A DNA stretch of 64,000 nucleotides from Treponemataceae bacterium (GTDB lineage: Bacteria > Spirochaetota > Spirochaetia > Treponematales > Rectinemataceae). Position 1 is the first letter of the stretch. The number at the start of each line of letters is the position of its first letter. Below the pieces are notes generated by a model. The model saw only the letters and a program-made list of their open reading frames with translations, ran no database searches and had not been told where the DNA came from. Made by a program: the position numbers and the translations under genes. Location: the NCBI GenBank assembly GCA_963678065.2, contig CAXXVZ010000003.1:864001-928000 (forward strand). Direction: 5' to 3'. Shown here in pieces: positions 9,373 through 18,302 of this stretch.

Positions 9373-9618
9373 ATGACACTCGATGAATTTCTCGCCCGCC
9401 ACCAGCGACAGGTTCGGCGGGCGAAACCAAAATTGCATATTCACGCTATCGATACGGATGAGGTTTTCAGGCCCGCGACGCTCGGGCGCGCGAGCGCGCG
9501 GCTCGAGGTGCTGCTTTTTAATACGACACTGCACTTTGGGATCCACAGGTACTCGGGGAAGCTCCTTCCGGGGCTTGTGGTGCACCGGCTGGGCGTGTAC
9601 TCGGGAGGCCGAATTTGA
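9373..9618 (+). CDS. Hypothetical phage-like protein
   Basis: GGAG RBS before ATG 9373; sits in the tightly packed xis-rep run. Confidence 0.5.
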   Translation: MTLDEFLARHQRQVRRAKPKLHIHAIDTDEVFRPATLGRASARLEVLLFNTTLHFGIHRYSGKLLPGLVVHRLGVYSGGRI

Positions 9619-9995
9619 GGACGTTCCGGGATGAGGGCAGCCGCGTTGGCGCGGATGGACAGATGGAATTGTTCCCGTTCCAGCCGGTGACGCGCCGGCG
9701 GGAGGCGTCGATCGATGAGAGATTTTTGGCTTTCCACTACGCGAACCCGCATGTGTACCGCAACCTTTTAGTTCTGGCCCATCAGCTGAAGAGGGCCGGA
9801 AGGGAGCGGATCGGGATCAAACTGCTCTTCGAGAAGCTTCGATGGGAGTACCTGACGCGGACAGATCAGGCTATGGATGCATACGCGATCAACAACGATT
9901 TTACGTCGCGATACTCGCGGCTGTTGATGCAGGATCCGGGGCTTGCGGGGATGTTCAAGACGCGGGCGCTCCGGGATACGAGGAAGAGCGCATAG
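9615..9995 (+). CDS. Phage-like hypothetical protein (possible winged helix)
   Basis: F.AFH.ANPHVY...GRERIGIKLLFEKLRWE...INNDFTSRYSRLLM pattern recalled from prophage proteins; GGAGG RBS. Confidence 0.6.
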   Translation: MRTFRDEGSRVGADGQMELFPFQPVTRRREASIDERFLAFHYANPHVYRNLLVLAHQLKRAGRERIGIKLLFEKLRWEYLTRTDQAMDAYAINNDFTSRYSRLLMQDPGLAGMFKTRALRDTRKSA

Positions 9996-10046
9996 GGTGG
10001 AGATGGCGGGGACCGGGAGTTCGGCCCCCGCACTGCAAGGACTGGA

Positions 10047-10925
10047 ATGCACGTGTGGCTGAGACTCTATGTGGAGGTCCTGAACGATCCGAAAGTGCAA
10101 AAGCTTGAGGGAAAAACCTTTAGGACCTGGGTGAACTTGCTGTGTGTCGCGAAACAGGCTGACAAGGCAGGTGCACTGCCAGGGCGAGAGGATATCGCCT
10201 TTCTTTTACGTATGGAGGCGGGAGAGCTCGAGACGCAGCTCGACACGTTACGGGCCGCGGGGCTTGTCGAGGGGGAGAGGGATCTCGCGATGCACGGGTG
10301 GAGGGGGCGGCAGTATGACTCGGACGCGGACAGGACGGCGCTGGAACGAAAGCGCCGGCAACGGAAGAGGGAGAGCGAGCGCGCCGGGAAGGATGGTGGG
10401 GGGGGGCCTACTCTCAGGGATGTTGTCGCCGGACTAGTCACGAGTTCCGTTACAAATTCTGTCACGCGTGACGGATTCCAAGATGTCACGCGTACAGAGC
10501 AGAGCAGAAGCAGAGAGAGAGTCAGAGCAGATACAGAAGAGGGAGGGGAACTGGTCCGGCTTCCTCCTGCTGATCTGCTTCTTTCGGAGTGGGTGAGCCG
10601 ACGGAATTCGGCTGTCGGGTTTCTGGTCGGGTTTGATGAGCGGGACCGGGGGTATTCGGATCAGGCGCTCGCGAAGCTTGGGGGGGATCTGGAGCTCGCG
10701 CTCTCCTGTGTGGATTGGTATTTCTCACACTGGCAGGACTTCTGGTTCGCCTGCAAGCAGGGGGACGGGTATAGGGGGCCGAGTTTGCGGAGGCCGGAGT
10801 TTTGTTTTCGATCGTTTGCCGATCATATCGAGGCATGTATTCCGCCTGTACGCGCGGGGGGGCGTGATGTTTTGGAGGCGGACAGAGCTGTCGGGATGGG
10901 GGATCCAGACGATGAGCCGTTTTAG
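10047..10925 (+). CDS. Phage replication initiator (replisome-organizer-like N-terminus)
   Basis: WLRLYVEVLNDPKVQKL, WVNLLC, ERKRRQRKRE basic stretch, VT-repeat linker. Confidence 0.75.
   Translation: MHVWLRLYVEVLNDPKVQKLEGKTFRTWVNLLCVAKQADKAGALPGREDIAFLLRMEAGELETQLDTLRAAGLVEGERDLAMHGWRGRQYDSDADRTALERKRRQRKRESERAGKDGGGGPTLRDVVAGLVTSSVTNSVTRDGFQDVTRTEQSRSRERVRADTEEGGELVRLPPADLLLSEWVSRRNSAVGFLVGFDERDRGYSDQALAKLGGDLELALSCVDWYFSHWQDFWFACKQGDGYRGPSLRRPEFCFRSFADHIEACIPPVRAGGRDVLEADRAVGMGDPDDEPF
10425..10550 (+). repeat. Iteron-like GTCACG repeats followed by a CAGAG purine tract inside the rep gene
   Basis: GTCGCC 10425, GTCACG 10437, GTTACA 10449, GTCACGCGTGAC 10461, GTCACGCGT 10485 (12-bp phasing), then CAGAG/CAGAAG repeats. 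Confidence 0.5.
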
Positions 10926-11400
10926 CGGCTGGAGGATGTGGGTGGGCGATTTGCGAGAAACGTTCATGAAGTCGATTGAACGGGATTATGGGGTGTATCC
11001 GGGGCGCTCGTGCGAACAGGGAAATGGTCATTTCGAGTCAGAGCGGGACAGGATCCGGCGCTGGCTTTTTTTGCGGTTTGATCAGAATCGGGAGGTGTTT
11101 GTGATGATTTTTGATGCGATTAGGGAGAATATCCCTCCTCGATATGGGGCCCCGGATCTTGCGACGATAAAACGAGCGGTAGAGCGGTATCAGGAGGAGT
11201 ACGGGGTCAGGTTGTACGCGAAGCCGGAGGCCCGGGATTTCGTGCCTATCGTGCGAACGGAGGAAGATATATGGGAAGCTGAGAAGGTGCAGCGCCTTGC
11301 TGAGGAAGCCGGTATCAATACACAGAGGGAGGGGTGGTTTACAGAGTATCTTTTGCGCGAGACTGGGAGAAATCGGGAAGGGATGGAGAGGTCGGCTTGA
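10912..11400 (+). CDS. Hypothetical protein downstream of rep (possible helicase loader/accessory)
   Basis: Overlaps the rep stop; start codon uncertain (10912-10966). Confidence 0.5.
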   Translation: MSRFSGWRMWVGDLRETFMKSIERDYGVYPGRSCEQGNGHFESERDRIRRWLFLRFDQNREVFVMIFDAIRENIPPRYGAPDLATIKRAVERYQEEYGVRLYAKPEARDFVPIVRTEEDIWEAEKVQRLAEEAGINTQREGWFTEYLLRETGRNREGMERSA

Positions 11401-11663
11401 TACTGGGCGGGCCGGATTTCCTTTTCACAGTGTGGATTTCATGAAGGTTGAACTATCAAATCTGACACATAATAGAGGGGTGTGGACTGGTATTCCTGGA
11501 CGCCAGGCATCATAGAGTCGGGGGACTTCCTGTTCCTTATCAATAGCAGCTGTTTATTAGTGTCTATTTTATATGAATGACTTCAAAATCTATTGTATTT
11601 TACTTAAGCTGATTTATATTTACTAGAAGAAGAGAAAATAAATTTTCTCTTCTTGGAGAATTT

Positions 11664-12410
11664 ATGCAGAAAAGATTTCTCCCAGTTTTGCCATTAGCCG
11701 TTGTTTTATTAACATCGTGTGCAAGTGTCACTGCAACCAAAACATCCCGTGATGATTTTACTATTTCTGGCATACGTTATTATCTTCCACGTCCGTATAT
11801 ACTTGTCACCTCATCAACAACCATGGTTGAAAAAGCAGCTACCTCAGTTGTGAGATATGAAATAATATGGTTACCTGATTATAGCCAACAATATGCTATT
11901 TCAGTTAACTCGGGGCTTGGGAAAACAACAACAAATCTAACTTTTGAAAATGGATGGCAGTTTAATAAACTTGACTCAACTACTGACACAACAACTGTCA
12001 CAGATTCAATTAAAGCTCTCATTACTGAAGTGTCAAATCTTTTGACAACTAATAAGGGATTAAGCAATTCTAACGTTCTAGATGGATTATATAGGATAAA
12101 CTTCAATGAAAATGGAGAAATGAAAGGATTATCTTTAATTTCCAATTTCAGATATGCATCCATACCTGTAGAGCGGTTAAATGTAAAAGAAATAAAACAG
12201 ATCAAGATACAAGAGACGATTGACCTAATTACTTCAAAATATCCAGAGAATGGAAATGATGAATATTGGTGTTGCGATAGTCCAAACATCCTGTATATTG
12301 ATGCTATATCTGGTTCAATGACCGGACTCGCTATAGGGTCTACAGCAGTCAAAGCAATCTCCAGCTCTGGAAATACTCTTGCCACTTTTACTATTGAAGT
12401 AGTCCAATAG
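11664..12410 (+). CDS. AT-rich lipoprotein with C-terminal Ig-like (Big_2-like) domain
   Basis: Lipobox LLTSC; C-terminus YW...PNILYIDAISGSMTGLAIGSTAVKA...ATFTIEV; GGAG RBS. Confidence 0.7.
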   Translation: MQKRFLPVLPLAVVLLTSCASVTATKTSRDDFTISGIRYYLPRPYILVTSSTTMVEKAATSVVRYEIIWLPDYSQQYAISVNSGLGKTTTNLTFENGWQFNKLDSTTDTTTVTDSIKALITEVSNLLTTNKGLSNSNVLDGLYRINFNENGEMKGLSLISNFRYASIPVERLNVKEIKQIKIQETIDLITSKYPENGNDEYWCCDSPNILYIDAISGSMTGLAIGSTAVKAISSSGNTLATFTIEVVQ

Positions 12411-12574
12411 ATTCGATTCTTAAGTTGTATTCATCATCTTCACTATATGTATGATCCTTTTATAGTGGAGGTTTGAGAGGACCTCCTCTGTGGTTTCTTT
12501 GTTTGCTGAGGAATGTGAGTTTATCCACAGTCACTGTACTAGATGCGACATGTCCACGAAAATCAGGTTAGGCC

Positions 12575-12810
12575 AGCTTGATTGTTGTATTGGGACAAGT
12601 TAAAAGAAACGAGTGAGACTTTCATCATAATGGTATTCTTGGTGATGAACCTCATGGCGTTGACAGGTGTTGGCGAGGAGAAAGGCGAAAGTCTTTTTTG
12701 TGTCGCTTATTGATACCATTGTTGAGATGGCTAGAAAGCAAGTTTTTATGCAAGAGTGGTGGCAAAGAACTGCCTGAAAGATAGGAAAGTGGGTTCTTCA
12801 GGAGCCCCTA
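12575..12810 (+). pseudogene. IS5-family transposase 3' remnant with right end
   Basis: Hand translation DKLKETSETFIIMVFLVMNL (from 12594) resembles the IS5 C-terminus; TTCAGGAGCCCC-TA end at 12797-12810. Confidence 0.5.
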
Positions 12811-12817
12811 TATAGAC

Positions 12818-12942
12818 ACGCATGGTTCTCTCCATGAGACGCCAAAGCTACGGGCTATGATGAGCACCATGCCCAGAGCGTCGATACGTGACGGAGTCTT
12901 GAGAAAGAGGTCGTTGTCCATGAGCCGATCCTTGAGGAAGGC
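12818..12942 (-). pseudogene. IS1634-family transposase fragment (frameshifted)
   Basis: Hand translation AFLKDRLMDNDLFLKTPSRIDALGMVLIIA / LWRLMERTMR. Confidence 0.6.
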
Positions 12943-12993
12943 AAGGTCGCGGTAGGGACGCTGGAATGAGTAAACCACCACCTGCAAAGCAGG

Positions 12994-13234
12994 TGAGTAC
13001 TATGACTCGACAACCGACGTCTTGTTCGACCTGTCGGCTCAGGACGAAAGCCAGGGCACAGGCTTCCATAGCCACTGTGTCAGTTGCATGAAGGCTTGCG
13101 CAAAGTTGTGTTCGACCATGTATGTCCGTTTTGTAGCTTGACCGGATTGCGGGCTTCCCATCGCAAAGAATGCACACTTCCATGCTCTTTTTTGCCAGAT
13201 CGATACCGACAAACCTGCTCTTTCTCTGTTCCAT
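12994..13234 (-). pseudogene. IS110-family recombinase, N-terminal RuvC-like fragment
   Basis: FVGIDLAKKSMEVCIL...VAMEAC...VIVL; similarity ends at the CACCTGC-AAA-GCAGGTG hairpin near 12979-12995; GGGAGG RBS. Confidence 0.8.
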
Positions 13235-13490
13235 TCGATCCCTCCCGGATATAAAATGAGGGATGGGAGTCCTGCACTCTTCGCGGGGTACGCCGAGCTC
13301 CTATTCGCGGTGGTGCTGCCACAGCGGCACCCCGCACTTTTTTGTTCGGCGGCCGGTTTTGGTTTCTCATGCTGCCGAGGTCTTCTCGTTTGAGACGTTG
13401 CCTCTCAGCTGCGGGCCAACCGGCCACTGGCTCCCAAATCCCGTCGGATTTAGGATACTCCGCTTCAATGCGCATGCAATAATCATAAAG
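13235..13490 (-). ncRNA. Candidate IS110 bridge/seek RNA region (long structured left end)
   Basis: ~255-nt non-coding leader with several hairpins and a TATGAT -10-like box at 13487-13482. Confidence 0.4.
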
Positions 13491-13506
13491 ACTCGCTGCG
13501 GGGTAG

Positions 13507-13945
13507 TTGATCGAGCTGCGCAATCGCGGTGTCCAAGACATACTCATCGCCGCCGTAGACGGCCTGACAGGATTTTCGGAAGCCATCAACGCGGTGTTTC
13601 CGAATACTGACGTTCAGCTATGCATCGTCCATATGGTCCGCAGTTCGCTCAAGTATGTCCCGTACAAAGACCGGAAAGCGATTGCCGCCGGCCACAAGAC
13701 AATCTATCTATCGCCATCCGAGGAAACAGCTGCAGCCGCCCTTGATGCCTTCGCGGAAGCGCGGGATAGAAGCTATCCCATGATCGCGCGTTCCTGGCGA
13801 ACCCGGTGGCCTGAGGTATTTCCTTTCCTCACGTTTCCGGACGTTATTCGGAAGGTCGTATATACGACGAATGCGATCGAGTCGGTGAACTACACGATTC
13901 GATCGGTCACCCGAAACCGGTAGTCCTTCCCAACGACTAATGCCA
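13507..13945 (+). pseudogene. IS256-family transposase internal fragment
   Basis: ELRNRGVQDILIAAVDGLTGF, VQLCIVHMVR, VYTTNAIES; no N-terminus; in-frame TAG at 13921 followed by SFPT. Confidence 0.85.
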
Positions 13946-14063
13946 CTGGAACCGCATAGTCGATCCCAAGTCACAGCTACCCGCCGTCGCTTCCATGATC
14001 AATGACCTCTCAAGCCGTGACTCTCGGGTCTTTCTGAACATCAATAATCAGCCTGCACGTCGG

Positions 14064-14267
14064 TTACGCGGCTTCCCCTGCTCGAATGGATTTCGTCCGT
14101 GACTGCTTGATTCCAACAACATGACCATCGTGCATCGTGACTTCAAATCCAGCCGACCCGTAGTCTGGCAGAGAGTCAAGGAGTCGCTCCACCTCCATCA
14201 TAATAACTGTGCGGACGGTGACCGAAATTAACCGTGCCGCTGCTTTGCTTTCGTGACTCTCGTTCAT
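14064..14267 (-). CDS. Small phage/ICE-like protein (DUF2292-like)
   Basis: AAGGAG RBS; YGSAGFEVTMHDGHVVGI pattern. Confidence 0.55.
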   Translation of the reverse strand: MNESHESKAAARLISVTVRTVIMMEVERLLDSLPDYGSAGFEVTMHDGHVVGIKQSRTKSIRAGEAA

Positions 14268-15121
14268 GGGTGCTCCTTAGGGAAAACCAGTATGGATTTT
14301 TCCTATGCGACCCGAATACAATGTGCACCAGAAATATCGACAGGGCAATCCCCCCAATTCCAGCCCACATTAGTGATATTTTGTATCGATCCTCGACAGC
14401 CACAATCAGCCTAAATCAGACAATACCTGTTCCGGAGACTGGAATCATGAAAATAAATAGAAATTAATGGTTTTTCAAGGCAATCATTGGCCAAGTTCCG
14501 AATGGCTCACTTTCATTGCGGAGAATGCAGGTAGTCGAGCGGGCCCTTTTCTTGTACCTGTCTGGCTCTCCGGGTGTTGATTCGCTTCGTGTCAGTGATT
14601 ACATGCATCGGCTTCTTATCAGTTTTTCTGCTGTCATGACTTGAGTAAATCTATGATAGTAAATAAATACTAATGAATATGTCATACTCAAATATTAGCT
14701 TGATGCAAATTTCCTTACAGAAAATATATTTGTCAACAATGTATGTATTGAATGTAATATATATAGAATATAATGTAAGAAATCTATATATCAATAAAGT
14801 GAAATTTTACGCTTGATACAACACTTCTCTTTTTCGGATCGGATGAACAATACTAGATGCACCCGAAATAGGAATACAAATTTGCATTATTGTTTGTAAT
14901 ACAATAATGTCTATATGAGATCGCATAACCATTGAGTAAGGTTACTCGAAAAGTTACTTTTTGACGTGGAAAATTACATCTTTCATCTTGATTTCCCTGA
15001 TATTCAATGATAGTATTTGTGATGTTAAGATATAGGTATGTCTTAACTACGTAATTATTTAAGCCGGATTAATGCTAACGTGTGATAGTGTTTGATTGTT
15101 ATTGATATATTGCTTGAGAGG

Positions 15122-15164
15122 GCCTTCCAAGCTGGAGACGTGGGTTCGACTCCCATCGGTCGCT
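15122..15164 (+). tRNA. 3' half of tRNA-Gly(TCC), att site (not a complete tRNA)
   Basis: GCCT-TCC-AAGCTGGAGAC-GTGGG-TTCGACT-CCCAT-CGGTCGCT: anticodon loop, T-arm and acceptor 3' strand; no D-arm or 5' acceptor strand upstream. Confidence 0.85.
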
Positions 15165-15565
15165 TAAAAAAAATTAATATTCCTGCATAATCCATCGAAA
15201 TGGTCAATTTCAATCAGGATAATCATCCCATCTTGACAGAAACAATCACATGATCGAAAGTTATCGAGAGTCGTGCATGACAACGTGACCCTGTCGTGCC
15301 TTGAGCCAGAAGGAATTGGCAGGATCGCGGGCTGACTGGAAATTCCGACCTTTTCTCCACAGGAGCGTGGAATGGAAACGGTCCCCAGATCAAAGAGATA
15401 GAAATCTACGAGAACCCGTGAAAACTGGGAAGCAATTTGCTTCACCTGGCATGATTCGATCAGAGTATCTCTCCAGTTGCCGACCATGACCTGTGCTGTC
15501 AACCATGGGCCAGTCCGTGTTACGCGGATCTCCTCGGATAGTGGCAGGATTTAAGGAGAAGCTCG

Positions 15566-17041
15566 ATGAAACTGACCAGCCTCGCGATCTTCATGGTGAT
15601 TCTGTTGACTGGGCGCGTAGCCGCAGCCGATTTCGTGCCAGTGCCAGTCGGGACAGGCTTTCCTGCGTTTCGTCTGCCGGCGGCAGCCCCCGGCGGCCAT
15701 ATCGTCTACAGCAGAATACTTCCGGGCAAGGCGGTAGCCGCCGGATTGCAGGCGGATTTATTGATCTCCAAGCTTTTCGTCATGAATCCGGACGGCACCG
15801 GTGCGCAGCCCTTCCTCGCGACCCCGGATCTTTCACAGTTCAAGGAAGCCAGATGGTCGCCCGCGTACGATCGGCTCGCTTTCACCTCGGACTTCCTGAA
15901 CTCGCGCTCCGCATGCATGACCGACATCTTCGAGGCGCGCGCCGACGGGCTCGTACGCCGCGTGACCGGCCAGGATATTGTCGGCCCCGCTCCAGCGGGG
16001 TATGGGTCGGTCCACGGGCGTGTCGATCCCAATTCCTCCGATGGCTCCATCGCCGGCCGGTATGGCTCGGAAATCAACATCACGGCGCAGGGCGCCAATG
16101 GTGCCATCGTCCATCCGGGACTGCAGAACAATGACTTCATCATCCCACAGGTTGCGGCAGGAGATGCAGTCTGGATCAAAGTCTGGGCTTCCTCCCAGAT
16201 TGGGACGTTGAAGTTGGTGACGGTCCGCCCCGGCGAGACCACTGATGCGGGAGTAATCAAACTGAACGAGGGCGTGTTCACGGCGAGCAAAGGCAGTCTG
16301 TCGACTGATGGAAGATTCCTGGTGGGAATGGGAGGGATTTCCCAGATAACGATGACACAGGGAGGCCTCAACACCGCCATTGGCCAGACAGCAGAGGCTT
16401 TTCAGCCAGGACTGCAAAAGACACAAGAGGGATCTGAATCGATCTGCATCTACGACAGGCTGACCGGGGCATTGGTAGGGAGCGTAGACAACGGCAAGCT
16501 GGCCTATGAGACGGCCAGAGACCCGGCCCTGTCGCCTGACGGAACGTGGATCGCGTGCGCGTGGGGGAAGGCGACCCAGGAGAACCTGTCGCTCTTGTCG
16601 CTGGAGAGTGTCATGGCTGGGCGCCCCTCTCCTCAGGTTCTGGTTCCGGGGCAGATGCTGATGTTCCAGCCGGGAGCGCCGATGGTGGGCTGCGGAACTC
16701 CCGCCTGGTCTCCCGACGGGCGCTGGATCGTCTTCACCCGGACGGTCGTGCTGAGTGGAGGTATCTGCAGTGGAGGGATCTGGGTAGTCTCGCCCAGTGG
16801 TTCGGGTCTGAGAGAGATTGCCTCGCTGGGGATCGGGCGTATCTGCTGTCAGCCCTGCTTTTCTCCCGATGGGAAAAAGGTAGCATTCACTGCTCTGACC
16901 GGAAAGTTTGGTCCGATCAAGATTGAGCAACTCATCGGACAGCAGTTCAGCCTGGACCTGTTCACGGTGGATCTGCAGACCGGGAGGATCGAGCAGATCA
17001 CGCGGGACGGCGCGTCCTGTGAGCCCGCTTGGGGCCGTTAA
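15566..17041 (+). CDS. Secreted TolB-like beta-propeller (PD40 repeats)
   Basis: Signal peptide; ARWSP, PALSPDG, PAWSPDG, PCFSPDG, PAWG repeats; AAGGAG RBS. Confidence 0.8.
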   Translation: MKLTSLAIFMVILLTGRVAAADFVPVPVGTGFPAFRLPAAAPGGHIVYSRILPGKAVAAGLQADLLISKLFVMNPDGTGAQPFLATPDLSQFKEARWSPAYDRLAFTSDFLNSRSACMTDIFEARADGLVRRVTGQDIVGPAPAGYGSVHGRVDPNSSDGSIAGRYGSEINITAQGANGAIVHPGLQNNDFIIPQVAAGDAVWIKVWASSQIGTLKLVTVRPGETTDAGVIKLNEGVFTASKGSLSTDGRFLVGMGGISQITMTQGGLNTAIGQTAEAFQPGLQKTQEGSESICIYDRLTGALVGSVDNGKLAYETARDPALSPDGTWIACAWGKATQENLSLLSLESVMAGRPSPQVLVPGQMLMFQPGAPMVGCGTPAWSPDGRWIVFTRTVVLSGGICSGGIWVVSPSGSGLREIASLGIGRICCQPCFSPDGKKVAFTALTGKFGPIKIEQLIGQQFSLDLFTVDLQTGRIEQITRDGASCEPAWGR

Positions 17042-17139
17042 GGCGCTTTCTCCGTGCTCGGGAGAGGATCTCTTTCGCCCTTTCGTGGTATGGAGAGCAT
17101 CCAGAGAGCAGTCCGAGAAGAAGTCTTGCGCAGTCACTC

Positions 17140-18237
17140 TCAGGTCGACGAGTCTCCCCCGAGCAGCTCGATCCTCGTGAACACGCTGTCGAGGCTGTCC
17201 GATCGGAGAACGAAGCGCTTGCACTCTCCCCTTCCCAGCACTTCAACGCCGAGAGCTTCGCGTTCGAGGTATTCGCTCGGGTCCTCGCCGCAGCGGAAGT
17301 GGACAAGTGAAATCTGCTTGCCCGCGATTTCGATGCCGGTGAACCCGTGTCGACCTGTGGCGCAGCCGGAGTTGAACATGCAGGGAATCAGGAGGGCCTT
17401 ATCCTCGTACAGACTCGTGGAAAGATCGTGGCGCATCTCGTGACGCCGCATTCCCTCGATCGCGGTCCGGAAAATGCCGATGAGTCGGGCTATCTCTCTC
17501 CGCCTCTCGGTGTCGGCGCCGGGATACTCGCCGAGGAGAATCTCGATGGACCATCGCAGGCTGTCGTATTTCGAGAAGGACTCGAAGAGTGGCCTGTGGG
17601 TGTGTCCCGTAATCGTCACGATGCCCGCCTGCCGCGTCGCGCGGTATATCTTGCGCTCGGCGCGGTAGCGGTGCAGTGATTCGGGAGAAACGCTGGAATT
17701 ACGTATGTGGAAAGGTTTTGCGAGATAGCGCAGGAAGAAGTCGGAGACCTCGTTCATCTTCGCATAGACATGGTTGGCCTGGTGGCCGTGGAAAACCAGG
17801 ATTTTCTTCCCGCCCATGTCCAGCACAAGGCTCTCGATGAGCCGATAGGGATAGGAATCGAGCGAGAGCAGGCCGAGATCGTGGTTGCCCACTATCTTTC
17901 TCAACCTGTTCTCCGCGGCGAAAGCATCAAAGACAGCGAAAAGTTCTGCCCATGCCCTCTTTATGGCGTCGTACCGGAATTTCCCAAGGTCTTCAATGTC
18001 TCCGTTGAGGACAAGGGTGTAGCCCTGCGGAAGGTAATAACCACCCAGAACGAAGAGAATCTGGCTCCTGTTCCTCCTGAGATCGTCGGCCGAGGAGCCA
18101 TTCCCCATGTGAAAGTCGCTCAGGAAGACAAGCTTGGACTCATCGCTGAGCTTTTCAGTCGGGCCTTCCTTGAGCATATGGTCGAAGCGGGCCATGAACT
18201 CGTCGAACCTCAATTCGCATGCCCCCTTCAGGAACAT
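17140..18237 (-). CDS. Calcineurin-like metallophosphoesterase
   Basis: SDFHMG, NGDIED, GNHD, FHGH, GHTH, NSG motifs. Confidence 0.85.
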   Translation of the reverse strand: MFLKGACELRFDEFMARFDHMLKEGPTEKLSDESKLVFLSDFHMGNGSSADDLRRNRSQILFVLGGYYLPQGYTLVLNGDIEDLGKFRYDAIKRAWAELFAVFDAFAAENRLRKIVGNHDLGLLSLDSYPYRLIESLVLDMGGKKILVFHGHQANHVYAKMNEVSDFFLRYLAKPFHIRNSSVSPESLHRYRAERKIYRATRQAGIVTITGHTHRPLFESFSKYDSLRWSIEILLGEYPGADTERRREIARLIGIFRTAIEGMRRHEMRHDLSTSLYEDKALLIPCMFNSGCATGRHGFTGIEIAGKQISLVHFRCGEDPSEYLEREALGVEVLGRGECKRFVLRSDSLDSVFTRIELLGGDSST

Positions 18238-18302
18238 ACTTCGGCGCCAACCCAACCGGCATCATCCCGATACGGATTTTCCCTGTCTGAAACTCTGCCC
18301 GC

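Larger units (their letters stand above)
1..15164. mobile_element. Integrated genomic island / phage-satellite-like element (left end outside window)
   Basis: Mosaic composition, xis/rep genes and IS remnants, terminated by a 3' tRNA-Gly duplication at 15122-15164; mostly core genes follow. Confidence 0.75.

Noticed and set aside
14460..15120. AT-rich stretch as a hidden gene or array
   Set aside because: No ORF of 60 aa or more and no periodic repeat visible; probably island-terminal non-coding or decayed DNA.
15090..15170. Complete tRNA-Gly gene
   Set aside because: 5' acceptor strand and D-arm are missing and the anticodon stem is only partly paired; treated as an att remnant.
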